Source: Bacteroidota bacterium
Lineage (GTDB): Bacteria > Bacteroidota > Bacteroidia > AKYH767-A > OLB10
Assembly (NCBI GenBank): GCA_031418215.1
Contig: JANOXC010000103.1
Coordinates: forward strand, 47,323-111,322
Direction of reading: 5' to 3'
Length of the DNA: 64,000 nt
In this document: positions 31,513-41,118 of the stretch, piece by piece
Layout of the letters: each line of letters opens with the position of its first letter
Position numbering within the stretch: position 1 is the first letter of the stretch
Position numbers and translations under genes: made by a program
Notes under the pieces: generated by a model
Told to the model about the DNA's origin: nothing
What the model saw: only the letters and a program-made list of their open reading frames with translations
Database searches by the model: none

Positions 31513-32238
31513 TTGTTCCTTCGCTCCGATAATTTAGTTAAAAGATATAAAGGCCGCACCGTTGTAGATAATGTCTCAATTCGGGTACAGCAGGGAGAAA
31601 TTGTTGGTTTATTGGGTCCAAACGGAGCAGGTAAAACAACTACTTTTTATATGACGGTTGGTTTGATCAAACCGAATGAAGGCCGGATTTATATTGATGA
31701 TAAAGAAATAACGAGTGAGCCAATGTATAAACGTGCGCAGCGTGGTATTGGTTATCTGGCACAGGAAGCATCCGTTTTTCGAAAGTTGACCGTTGAAGAT
31801 AATATTAAAGCGGTGCTTGAAATGACTGGCCTTGATGCGAAGATACAACGTGACAAGGTTGAGAGTTTATTGGAAGAATTTGGTTTGCAAAAAATTCGCA
31901 AAAGTCGTGGCGATTTACTTTCCGGCGGCGAACGCAGAAGAACTGAGATTGCGCGTGCCCTCGCCGTTGACCCAAAGTTTATGTTATTAGATGAACCATT
32001 TGCAGGCGTTGACCCTATTGCCGTAGAAGACATCCAATCAATCATTGCACGATTAAAAGAAAAAAATATCGGCATCCTGATTACTGATCACAATGTTCAT
32101 GAAACACTTAGTATCACTGACCGTGCTTACCTTTTATTTGAAGGAAAAATTCTAAAAGAAGGTACTGCTGTTGAACTGGCAAACGACGAACAGGTAAGAC
32201 GTGTTTATCTGGGGCAAAATTTTGAATTGCGTAAATAA
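31513..32238 (+). CDS. lptB: LPS export ABC transporter ATP-binding protein LptB
   Basis: It has Walker A ([10 protein letters not shown]), the ABC signature (LSGGERRR) and Walker B (LLDEPFAG). The LptB-like N-terminus is KRYKGRTVV. The start codon is TTG. Confidence 0.85.
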   Translation: MFLRSDNLVKRYKGRTVVDNVSIRVQQGEIVGLLGPNGAGKTTTFYMTVGLIKPNEGRIYIDDKEITSEPMYKRAQRGIGYLAQEASVFRKLTVEDNIKAVLEMTGLDAKIQRDKVESLLEEFGLQKIRKSRGDLLSGGERRRTEIARALAVDPKFMLLDEPFAGVDPIAVEDIQSIIARLKEKNIGILITDHNVHETLSITDRAYLLFEGKILKEGTAVELANDEQVRRVYLGQNFELRK

Positions 32239-32250
32239 TATTTAAGGGCG

Positions 32251-32592
32251 TTATTTCCCGTAAAATCTCCTGGTAAGCACTTTGAGTAATTCCCGTTTTA
32301 GCAACAGCTCTGCAACATCTTCCGATTGCTGCTCTATTAGCTGCTGCGGTATATCAATCCTGTAAAAGAGGTTGAACAAAAGGGTTGCATTGGTGACAGA
32401 TATTTGACTAACGTATTCAGCGACCATATTTTTAAGTATTACGATATCAGTATATCCTTCTTTAGGAATTTCCAAAATCCCACCTGAAAGCACGACATCT
32501 TTTTCCAATTGTTTTATTACATCAGCAATAATTTCCAGATCAAAACGATAAGGAATAATATCAACATTTTGTTTATTGGGCAAATACATCAT
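32251..32592 (-). CDS. hypothetical protein (about 113 aa), conserved-looking, unknown function
   Basis: ORF with the start trimmed to an internal Met so that it does not overlap the divergent neighbour. No recognisable motif was found. Confidence 0.4.
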   Translation of the reverse strand: MMYLPNKQNVDIIPYRFDLEIIADVIKQLEKDVVLSGGILEIPKEGYTDIVILKNMVAEYVSQISVTNATLLFNLFYRIDIPQQLIEQQSEDVAELLLKRELLKVLTRRFYGK

Positions 32593-32620
32593 ACAAAAAA
32601 ACACTTTCTTTGATTTCGTC

Positions 32621-33601
32621 ATGCAAATGAACTTAAAAAAATTCATCACGCTACATTTTTTACTTTCTCTTTTGCAAGTTTCAATTGTTTCAGCCCAGGT
32701 TTGGCCCGGACCACATCCACTGCTTTCATCACATATTAAAATGAATGTAGAAAGTCATATTGCCAGTCAGGTAGATACCTTGGAGGATAAATTCGGGTAT
32801 GAAAAAGCAGAGATTCAATTCGGCTTCCCATTATATAAGGGTAAAGACTGGCTAACATCAAATGGAAACACTCCGTTAATTGGGGTCACCCTGCAGGGTG
32901 CAGCGGCCATTATTCAACCTGTAGGCGGCTTTTTGAGTTCAGATAAATTATTAAGAGCGCGATTGGGAAGTAATTTTATTTACTCCAAAGGCCTTCGAAA
33001 TTTATACATGGTATCACTGCAAGGGATTCTTGCGCATGAGTTGAATGAGATTTCTTTGAATGGATTATATATGAATGGCAGTGCATTTTGGCGACACAGA
33101 CAAAATGATGAGTTTGATTGGACAGTCGGTGTTGCCTATACTTCTGTTTATGCTTATAATAAGCTGCTTCCAATAATCGGACTCCAGTATCGGCCAACAA
33201 AAGAAGACCTGATAAGCATATTATTACCTATCACAATTCAATACACTCATTTTTTCAGTAATGCAACATCAATATCGGCTACCATTAAACCCAACGGTGG
33301 CTTTTACAATGTCCATTATCCTGAAAATGATATTAATGATGCCACCTTTCGGCATAAAAACATGCTCATTGCAGTTATCTTAAATCACAAACTTTCCTAT
33401 CAATTCTCTATTCAACCTGAACTAGGAATACAGACCAATACCAAATTATTTGTTAATGATTTTAGCACTCAATCCGCTACATCTGTCTTTGCACGCATTG
33501 CTTTTCGCTATAAATTTGGTCGAAGAGTTAATGTGGCTCCTATATTGGATTTTGATCCAGCAGATTTTACTACTGCAGATTCCGAAACACCTGAGAAATA
33601 A
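32621..33601 (+). CDS. hypothetical secreted/outer-membrane protein
   Basis: It has a signal peptide (MNLKKFITLHFLLSLLQVSIVSAQ), beta-rich composition and an aromatic-rich C-terminal region (FRYKF). Confidence 0.55.
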   Translation: MQMNLKKFITLHFLLSLLQVSIVSAQVWPGPHPLLSSHIKMNVESHIASQVDTLEDKFGYEKAEIQFGFPLYKGKDWLTSNGNTPLIGVTLQGAAAIIQPVGGFLSSDKLLRARLGSNFIYSKGLRNLYMVSLQGILAHELNEISLNGLYMNGSAFWRHRQNDEFDWTVGVAYTSVYAYNKLLPIIGLQYRPTKEDLISILLPITIQYTHFFSNATSISATIKPNGGFYNVHYPENDINDATFRHKNMLIAVILNHKLSYQFSIQPELGIQTNTKLFVNDFSTQSATSVFARIAFRYKFGRRVNVAPILDFDPADFTTADSETPEK

Positions 33602-33625
33602 TTTACTTGCCCTAATTCATAAAAC

Positions 33626-34534
33626 ATGAATACCCTTAAAGGAAAAAAAGTTTTAATTACCGGTGGCACAGGCCTTATTGGATCTAGGTTAACGGAAATG
33701 CTCTTAGAATCAGGCTACACGGTTGCCCACCTTAGCAGAAAAGCAAGAGCGGATTCAAAAACAGAAACGTTTGAATGGAATCCCGCTAAAAACCATATCG
33801 ATGAAAAAGCGCTACTCAATGTTGATTATGTAATACATCTTTCAGGTGAAAATATTGCAGCGCACCGTTGGACGAATTCATTTAAGAAACAAGTAATAGA
33901 AAGCCGGGTGCAGTCAGCTGAGCTATTGAAAAAGATTATTATCAAATCTCCTCAGGTGAAAGCAATAATTTGTGCATCAGGAACGGGAGTATATAAGGAC
34001 GAAAATGAAAAATGGGTTGACGAATCATCTCCGCACGACAATAGCTTTCCGGCACTTACCTGTGAACAATGGGAAGAAGCAAACAGCCATTATCCCTGTC
34101 GCACGGTAATACTTCGAACAGGTCTGGTATTGTCGTTGAAAGGTGGAGCACTACCTGAGTTATATAAGCCATTTCGCTTTGGTATTGCGCCTTATTTTGG
34201 AAATGGAAACTTTTATCAAAGCTGGATTCACATTGATGATATGTGCCGCATGTATATCCATGCCATCGAAAACATTCAACTATCAGGTATATATAATGCT
34301 GTTGCGCCTATTCCGGTTCCCAATATTGAACTTGTTAAAGTGCTTCAATCAGTAACTAAACAATTTTCCATTCGAGTGCCTGTTCCGCCGTTGATGCTGA
34401 AAATATTACTCGGCGAAAAGTCAATTATTGTTTTAGCAGGATGCAGGGTAAATTCACAAAAATTTGTTGAGACAGGATTTAAATTTATTTACAAAGACAT
34501 TAACAGTGCTTTAAAAAATATTTTTGCGCAATGA
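33626..34534 (+). CDS. TIGR01777 (YfcH-like) NAD-dependent epimerase/dehydratase with a DUF1731 C-terminus
   Basis: The N-terminal Rossmann motif is VLITGGTGLIGSRL. The length of 302 aa fits the YfcH family. Confidence 0.75.
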   Translation: MNTLKGKKVLITGGTGLIGSRLTEMLLESGYTVAHLSRKARADSKTETFEWNPAKNHIDEKALLNVDYVIHLSGENIAAHRWTNSFKKQVIESRVQSAELLKKIIIKSPQVKAIICASGTGVYKDENEKWVDESSPHDNSFPALTCEQWEEANSHYPCRTVILRTGLVLSLKGGALPELYKPFRFGIAPYFGNGNFYQSWIHIDDMCRMYIHAIENIQLSGIYNAVAPIPVPNIELVKVLQSVTKQFSIRVPVPPLMLKILLGEKSIIVLAGCRVNSQKFVETGFKFIYKDINSALKNIFAQ

Positions 34535-35832
34535 AGGAACTTGTCAACGTTTTTTGGTTTAGGCGGGATTTGCGACTGGAAGACAATTGCGGCTTATATC
34601 ATGCGCTAAACAGTATTCATCCGGTTATCCCGCTTTTTATTTTCGACAAAGCCATTTTAGATAAACTGGAAGATAATTCCGACCAGCGTGTAAATTTTAT
34701 TCATCAGCAACTTGAGCGTATCAATAAACAACTGGCTGCCCTTGGGTCCACATTGCTAGTTAAACATGGGAAACCACTTGATGTGTGGAAAGAGCTGACG
34801 GAGACCTTTTCCATTAAACAGGTTTTTACCAACAACGATTATGAACCTTATGCTATTGATCGTGATAACCAGGTAAAAGAATTCCTTCAATTAAAAAGCA
34901 TTTCCTTTCATACTTATAAAGACCATGTCATCTTTGAAAAACAAGAAATCACAAAAGATGATGGAACTCCTTATACGGTTTTTACACCATTTTCAAAGAA
35001 ATGGCTGACTAAGCTGAGCGATGATCATTTAAAAACGTGGACAACAGAAAAGCATTTCACTAATTTCTCGCAAATTAAAAAACTTGCAATTCCCACGTTG
35101 GAGTCAATTGGTTTTAAGAATGCAAAAGCTCAATTTCCTCCAACAACTGTTAGCGATGACCTGATAAAAAATTACGAAACAACAAGAAATTTCCCTGCTA
35201 TCAATGGCACTTCGCATCTCAGTATCCATTTACGTTTTGGAACTGTCAGCATTAGAAAAATTGCAAAAAAAGCAAAATCGCTGGGTCAAACTTTTCTGAT
35301 TGAATTAATATGGCGCGAATTTTATCAGGTAATCTTATGGCATTTCCCTTACATTATCAATGGATCATTTAAACCCTTATACGACAATATGAAATGGCGA
35401 AATAATGAAGCAGAGTTTGATAGTTGGTGCATGGGAAAAACCGGCTACCCGATGGTAGATGCAGGCATGCGTGAATTAAATGAAACCGGATTCATGCATA
35501 ACAGGTTACGCATGGTCACGGCCAGCTTCCTAACCAAACATTTATTGATCGACTGGCGATGGGGGGAAGCATACTTCGCCAAAAAATTATTGGATTATGA
35601 ACTGGCCAGCAACAATGGCGGCTGGCAGTGGGCTGCGGGAACTGGCTGTGATGCTGCGCCTTACTTCCGCATTTTTAACCCTACGGAACAAGCAAAAAAA
35701 TTTGACCCTGATTTAATATATATAAGAAAATGGATTCCTGAGCTAGAAGAAATTAATTATCCCAGCCCTATTGTAGATCATCAATTCGCACGCGAACGTT
35801 GCCTCAATGCTTATAAATCAATCCGTATTTAA
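34531..35832 (+). CDS. phr: deoxyribodipyrimidine photolyase / cryptochrome-DASH family protein
   Basis: It has an N-terminal photolyase alpha/beta domain and a C-terminal FAD-binding domain (WREFYQ, TGYPMVDAGMRELNETGFMHNRLRM). Confidence 0.85.
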   Translation: MKELVNVFWFRRDLRLEDNCGLYHALNSIHPVIPLFIFDKAILDKLEDNSDQRVNFIHQQLERINKQLAALGSTLLVKHGKPLDVWKELTETFSIKQVFTNNDYEPYAIDRDNQVKEFLQLKSISFHTYKDHVIFEKQEITKDDGTPYTVFTPFSKKWLTKLSDDHLKTWTTEKHFTNFSQIKKLAIPTLESIGFKNAKAQFPPTTVSDDLIKNYETTRNFPAINGTSHLSIHLRFGTVSIRKIAKKAKSLGQTFLIELIWREFYQVILWHFPYIINGSFKPLYDNMKWRNNEAEFDSWCMGKTGYPMVDAGMRELNETGFMHNRLRMVTASFLTKHLLIDWRWGEAYFAKKLLDYELASNNGGWQWAAGTGCDAAPYFRIFNPTEQAKKFDPDLIYIRKWIPELEEINYPSPIVDHQFARERCLNAYKSIRI

Positions 35833-35963
35833 TTCAGATTTCGGTTATTCTGATTGGCATTTTATTCTTGCCTCCAATAAAAATGGCGTTAATAGATTTG
35901 TGAACGAAGTTTATAAGTTTAAATAAAAAGTATATCTTGCGGACCGAAAAAAAATCACAAATG

Positions 35964-36473
35964 AAAATTTCACAAAATGTAGTTGTATCTGTTATTTATC
36001 AGCTTCGGGCCGGATCAACAGAACTACCAATGCATGACGTTGAGCAAGTTGATGAAAGCAGTCCTTTGGTATTTATTTTCGGAAGCGGGATGATGATACC
36101 AGGATTTGAACAAAAACTAGATGGGTTGAAGTCGGGCGACCAGTTTAAATTTGATATCCGTCCTGAAGATGGTTATGGCTACACCGATAAGGAAGCCATT
36201 ATTAAATTACCGATTGAAATATTTAAACAAGACAATGTGATTGATTTCGAAGTTGTGAAAGTTGGCAACATATTGCCAATGTCAGACAATGAGGGTAATA
36301 TGCTTCGCGGGAAAGTACTTGCATTTGATGATACTGATGTTACCATGGATTTTAATCACCCACTTGCAGGAATGGATTTACATTTTAATGGTGCAGTTCT
36401 TTCTGTTCGTGAAGCCACCATGGATGAACTGGCACATGGGCATGTGCATGGTGACGGTGGGATTGAGCATTAA
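35964..36473 (+). CDS. slyD: FKBP-type peptidyl-prolyl cis-trans isomerase (SlyD-like) with a His-rich C-terminal tail
   Basis: It has an FKBP domain with an inserted flap region. The C-terminus is HGHVHGDGGIEH. The start was trimmed to the internal Met. Confidence 0.7.
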   Translation, partial: KISQNVVVSVIYQLRAGSTELPMHDVEQVDESSPLVFIFGSGMMIPGFEQKLDGLKSGDQFKFDIRPEDGYGYTDKEAIIKLPIEIFKQDNVIDFEVVKVGNILPMSDNEGNMLRGKVLAFDDTDVTMDFNHPLAGMDLHFNGAVLSVREATMDELAHGHVHGDGGIEH

Positions 36474-36545
36474 TATCCCAGGAATTATTTCCAGATCTAA
36501 GACTTGAAACAACCTAACAATTCAATTCTTTCAGGCACCATTTTA

Positions 36546-38063
36546 TCATTTAAATTCTATTGTACCGAACCTGTAATCACCACCTGACTCAGTAATCAGA
36601 AATATTTTTTTCTCATTGATTATTGCCGCCTTATCAGGAATAAAGTAATGATAGTTGTTATTTTTCTGTGGAACTAAAGCAAATCTTTCCATTGATTCAT
36701 CATTGATGGAAACCATTACAATTTCTGTAGCATCATCAGAATGGTAAGATCTTGGTATTTCTCCGTCTTTCAAATCATGATTCCGTGGGTTATCATTATA
36801 GACAAGCAACGCATTTTTCCCAATGACAGATTCAAATGAAGCAGCTGTATTGTATGAAGAACTAAAAACCTGTTTCTTTGGTACCATTTGTATCCAGTCG
36901 AGTTTGTTTTCTGTACTAAAATGGATTACGAGCCCTTCATCAATATTGAACTGATGGTATACTGGATTTCGTATGATGTTGTATCGGTACAACTTAGGAT
37001 TGTAGGTTGCACGCTCCGCGAATACGTATAATCCGCTTTTCCTATCAAATGCATTAGTAATATAAAAGTCTTTTAAAAAAAGGTTGATTGCAGTATCAGG
37101 AGCATCCAGCATAAAATTTTTTGTTTCTCTTGAAATTTGTTTCCCTGTTACAATATCATATTGATCATGGTAAAACCCTAAGGAATACTTTCCATCCGTT
37201 GAATTGTTGAAACCAAAAACATCAATTCTATTTTTCCTTGAAATAAAAAAATAAGCTTGTTGCGGAGATTTATGAATAAACTGTAAATCACTGTGATGAA
37301 ATATTGTATCGCCATCATCAGCATAAAATATCCTGTACTGCCTGATTAAGCTGTCACCTTTGGGCCCATACACCTTTTCTTCTGTGTGTGTAAGAAGGTA
37401 AAACCGATTGAATTCATAGGTATAATTTTCAGGTTCATAGCCGAGTGATAATAATGGAAATTTGAAATCAACCTGCGAAATCAACTTTGCTTCATTATCA
37501 AGCATGAAATAACCACATCGATCAAGCCAATTATTTTTTCCTAAATATGAAACTACCAATCTGTTTCCGGAATAATAAAGACTTGCAGTGATTATTGATG
37601 TGTCCAGCTCGCCAATTACACTCCAAAGCTTTACATCCTCCTTAACCATTGTAAGCGACTCACAATCGAGTATATCTATAAAAAACTGTGTTGAACTGCC
37701 AATGTACTTCTTGGTAAAAAAATTCAATTTGCCATCAACAATTTTCGCATCAAAAAAATATTCCGATTTCCCTGCTTTTTTTAATAAAATTTTTTCGCCG
37801 ATTTTTCTAAACTGCTGATCAAATTTTACAATTTTGAATTCCCCATTCTTTCTTGCAAGAAGAAAATAATTCAAATTGTCAGCCCCTAGGAATTCATAAT
37901 TACAGTTTCCACAACGGATATTCTCACTCCAAGATTCAGTGAATGGTTGTCCATTGCTGTAAAAACAGTTTATCAGGATAAAAAAAGTAAATAATTTTAT
38001 ATATAAAAATGGCGCACTATTATTAGTACGCCATTTAATATATTTTCTAATCTTCCTAATGCT
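36546..38063 (-). CDS. hypothetical secreted protein (about 505 aa), last gene of the ACIII-oxidase operon
   Basis: It has a signal-peptide-like N-terminus (FLYIKLFTFFILINCFYS). The 5' end overlaps the ctaD stop by about 8 bp, which suggests translational coupling. Confidence 0.5.
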   Translation of the reverse strand, partial: SIRKIRKYIKWRTNNSAPFLYIKLFTFFILINCFYSNGQPFTESWSENIRCGNCNYEFLGADNLNYFLLARKNGEFKIVKFDQQFRKIGEKILLKKAGKSEYFFDAKIVDGKLNFFTKKYIGSSTQFFIDILDCESLTMVKEDVKLWSVIGELDTSIITASLYYSGNRLVVSYLGKNNWLDRCGYFMLDNEAKLISQVDFKFPLLSLGYEPENYTYEFNRFYLLTHTEEKVYGPKGDSLIRQYRIFYADDGDTIFHHSDLQFIHKSPQQAYFFISRKNRIDVFGFNNSTDGKYSLGFYHDQYDIVTGKQISRETKNFMLDAPDTAINLFLKDFYITNAFDRKSGLYVFAERATYNPKLYRYNIIRNPVYHQFNIDEGLVIHFSTENKLDWIQMVPKKQVFSSSYNTAASFESVIGKNALLVYNDNPRNHDLKDGEIPRSYHSDDATEIVMVSINDESMERFALVPQKNNNYHYFIPDKAAIINEKKIFLITESGGDYRFGTIEFK

Positions 38064-39891
38064 CATCACCCGGAATATTACTCTCCGGTGTTTCACTGTA
38101 AGGAATAGTTTGCATGATAAAATCTTCCTTTGCACCGGGTTTACCATAATCATATGGCCAACGGTGAACAGTAGGAATTGGACCGGGCCAGTTACCGTGC
38201 AAATGTTCTACAGGTGCTGTCCATTCAAGGGTGTTCGACTTCCAAGGATTCTGAACTGCTTTCTTTCCTTTCCAAATGCTGTAGAAGAAGTTGAATGCAA
38301 ATATTAACTGTGCTAAACCACCTAAGAGAGCAAACACAGTGATTAGACCATTTACATTCACCATTTCATGGAAACCTTCATATGCAGTATTAGCATAATA
38401 TCTTCTTGGCAATCCGCCGAGACCTAAAAAATGCATCGGAAAAAACACACCATATACGCTGACAACCGTCATCCAAAAGTGAATGTATCCCAATTTCTTA
38501 TTCATCATCCTTCCATATAAACGAGGGAACCAATGATAAACTCCGGCAAACATCCCGAAGATAGCTGATGATCCCATTACAATATGAAAGTGTGCCACTA
38601 CAAAATAAGTGTCGTGCACATTAATATCCAAAGCTGAATCACCAAGTATAATTCCTGTTAATCCGCCAGTGATAAAGAAGGAAACCAAACCAATGGCAAA
38701 TAACATTTGAGGCGTAAACTGAAGATTCCCTCGCCATAATGTTGTTAAATAATTAAACACTTTAACAGCCGAAGGAATAGCAACTAACAATGTAGTAAAT
38801 ACGAAAACAGAACCTAGGAATGGATTCATTCCTGTGATAAACATGTGATGGCCCCATACTATAAAGGACAGGAATGCAATCACCAACATAGAACCAATCA
38901 TTGCCTTGTAACCAAATATTGGTTTACGTGAATTAACAGCGATTACTTCAGAGGCAAGTCCTAACGCAGGCAACAATACAATATATACTTCAGGGTGACC
39001 TAGGAACCAGAATAAATGTTGAAATAAAATCGGGCTTCCTCCTAAATGATCCAACGGGGCCCCATCAATAAATATGTCAGAGAGATAAAAACTTGTTCCA
39101 AAGCTGCGGTCGAATACCAATAATAAAGCCGCTGCGAATAATACAGGGAATGAAAGTATTCCAAGGATTGCGGTGATAAAGAATGCCCATATTGTTAAAG
39201 GAAGGCGTGTCATGCTCATACCAACAGTACGAAGGTTTATAATCGTAGAAACGTAATTGATACCTCCTAATAATGCAGATGCAATAAACATAACCATACT
39301 AACCAACCACAATGTCATCCCTAATCCCGAACCGGAAATAGCTTGCGGCAATGCACTTAAAGGCGGATAGATTGTCCAACCACCTGATGCCGGGCCTCCA
39401 GTTAAAAACAAGGAGATGGTCATGATTACGCAGGATACAAAGAAGAACCAATACGACAACATGTTCAATACACCAGAAGCCATATCGCGTGCTCCTACCT
39501 GCAACGGAATTAACAAGTTACTGAAAGTTCCGCTCAACCCTCCGGTCAAAACAAAGAATACCATGATGGTTCCATGTATGGTAACAAGACCAAGATAGAA
39601 TCCGGGGTCCAGCTTTCCATCTTTCCCCCATTTCCCTAAAATGCTTTCAAGGAATGCGAATTTTGTATCAGGCCAGGCCAGCTGCAACCTGAAGATCATA
39701 CTCATTCCCATTGCCAGAAATGCCATGATGATGGCTGTAATTAGAAACTGCTTGGAAATCATTTTATGATCTGTACTGAAAACGTACTTCGTCCAGAAGT
39801 TCGTTTCATGTTCATGATCATGGTCATGACCGTGTCCATGCGCATCATGGTGCACTGTGTCTTGAGCGTGTATATGTTGATTCACTTCCAT
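38056..39891 (-). CDS. ctaD: cytochrome c oxidase subunit I
   Basis: 12 TM helices with heme-copper oxidase His ligands. The N-terminal His-rich extension is HHDAHGHGHDHDHEHE. The protein is 611 aa. Confidence 0.95.
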   Translation of the reverse strand: MEVNQHIHAQDTVHHDAHGHGHDHDHEHETNFWTKYVFSTDHKMISKQFLITAIIMAFLAMGMSMIFRLQLAWPDTKFAFLESILGKWGKDGKLDPGFYLGLVTIHGTIMVFFVLTGGLSGTFSNLLIPLQVGARDMASGVLNMLSYWFFFVSCVIMTISLFLTGGPASGGWTIYPPLSALPQAISGSGLGMTLWLVSMVMFIASALLGGINYVSTIINLRTVGMSMTRLPLTIWAFFITAILGILSFPVLFAAALLLVFDRSFGTSFYLSDIFIDGAPLDHLGGSPILFQHLFWFLGHPEVYIVLLPALGLASEVIAVNSRKPIFGYKAMIGSMLVIAFLSFIVWGHHMFITGMNPFLGSVFVFTTLLVAIPSAVKVFNYLTTLWRGNLQFTPQMLFAIGLVSFFITGGLTGIILGDSALDINVHDTYFVVAHFHIVMGSSAIFGMFAGVYHWFPRLYGRMMNKKLGYIHFWMTVVSVYGVFFPMHFLGLGGLPRRYYANTAYEGFHEMVNVNGLITVFALLGGLAQLIFAFNFFYSIWKGKKAVQNPWKSNTLEWTAPVEHLHGNWPGPIPTVHRWPYDYGKPGAKEDFIMQTIPYSETPESNIPGDEH

Positions 39892-39917
39892 GTGAAATTT
39901 TTTACGATATATATATA

Positions 39918-40982
39918 TTAATTCAATGCTGTTACTGCTTTCTTATCACTCTTACCTGAAGTTGTTTCCATTGCTGCGGGGGTTGCAGAAGATGGTGCAG
40001 CAACAGGTGCTGAAGCTGCCTTTTCAAAAACCAGTTTTTCTTTTTTCAGCCATTTGCGAAAATCATCGGGCTCATCCACTACAATTTTCATCTGCATATT
40101 ATAATGCGCTACGCCACAAATTTTATTACATAATAAAACATAATCAAATTTAGGATTGCCGGTAATCTCACGCATCTTAGCGGTAGTAATGGTAGGCTTA
40201 AAATAAAAACGTGTATTCATTCCTGGAACAGCATTCATCTGTACACGGAAATGAGGAAGATAAAAACTATGGAGAACGTCCCTGGAGTTTATTTGCACAT
40301 CAATAGGAATTCCAACAGGGAAATGCATCTCCCGGGTGATTTTATCATCAACTGAAGCCACATCCAGAGAGTCAACACCTAATGGATTATTGTCAGTGAT
40401 CTTTCTGAAACTTGAAGCCCCTAGTTTATTGTCTTTTCCTGAATAACGTGCTGTCCAGTCAAACTGCTTTCCATAAATCTGGATCTTCATACCATCTGTT
40501 TGATTTTGAGAATCGGTAATACGATTCCATTCCTTCAATCCTGTAAAAACCAATACAAGCAAAACAATTGCAGGAATAACAGTCCAGATGACTTCAATTT
40601 TATTATTATCATGGTAAAAGAAAGCCCTCCTGTTTTTATTATAGCGGTATTTAAATGCAAAGGAGAATAACAAAATCTGGGTAATAAAGAATACAATGAA
40701 TAAGATAATCCAGTTAATATTCATCAGTTCATCCAATGCAACACCATGCTCTGATGCAGATACCGGTAACAGAAAATGTTGATATCCGATCATCATATAT
40801 ACCATTAAAGCAAGCCCAATCCACAAAAACCCTACAAGCATCCAGGCATTGAAACGGTTGTCACGGTCTTGTTCAGCCTCTTCATCCTCTTCGGCCAGTT
40901 GCGACGACAACTGTGTAATGTTGGCCAGGCGCACCAACACCAGAACTCCAAAAAGAACTGCAAGTATCCAGAGTAAACTCAT
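39918..40982 (-). CDS. coxB: cytochrome c oxidase subunit II (no fused cytochrome c domain)
   Basis: It has two N-terminal TM helices and the CuA site (H...CNKICGVAHYNM). No CXXCH motif is present. Confidence 0.9.
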   Translation of the reverse strand: MSLLWILAVLFGVLVLVRLANITQLSSQLAEEDEEAEQDRDNRFNAWMLVGFLWIGLALMVYMMIGYQHFLLPVSASEHGVALDELMNINWIILFIVFFITQILLFSFAFKYRYNKNRRAFFYHDNNKIEVIWTVIPAIVLLVLVFTGLKEWNRITDSQNQTDGMKIQIYGKQFDWTARYSGKDNKLGASSFRKITDNNPLGVDSLDVASVDDKITREMHFPVGIPIDVQINSRDVLHSFYLPHFRVQMNAVPGMNTRFYFKPTITTAKMREITGNPKFDYVLLCNKICGVAHYNMQMKIVVDEPDDFRKWLKKEKLVFEKAASAPVAAPSSATPAAMETTSGKSDKKAVTALN

Positions 40983-41062
40983 ATCTGTGTATTATTTTCT
41001 GATTAATATTTTTTTTATAGAATCATGAAGCAAGCATCAAAACTTAACTTCTACTCCACAAT

Positions 41063-41110
41063 TCCTTTTTTTCTTTCTTTTTTTTTCTTGGTTCTTGGTT
41101 CTTGGTTCTT
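41063..41110. repeat. pyrimidine tract followed by (CTTGGTT)x3 heptamer microsatellite between actF and coxB
   Basis: Seen directly in the sequence. On the mRNA it reads (AAGAACC)n followed by an A-rich tract, just upstream of the coxB start. Confidence 0.6.
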
Positions 41111-41118
41111 ATATCTAT

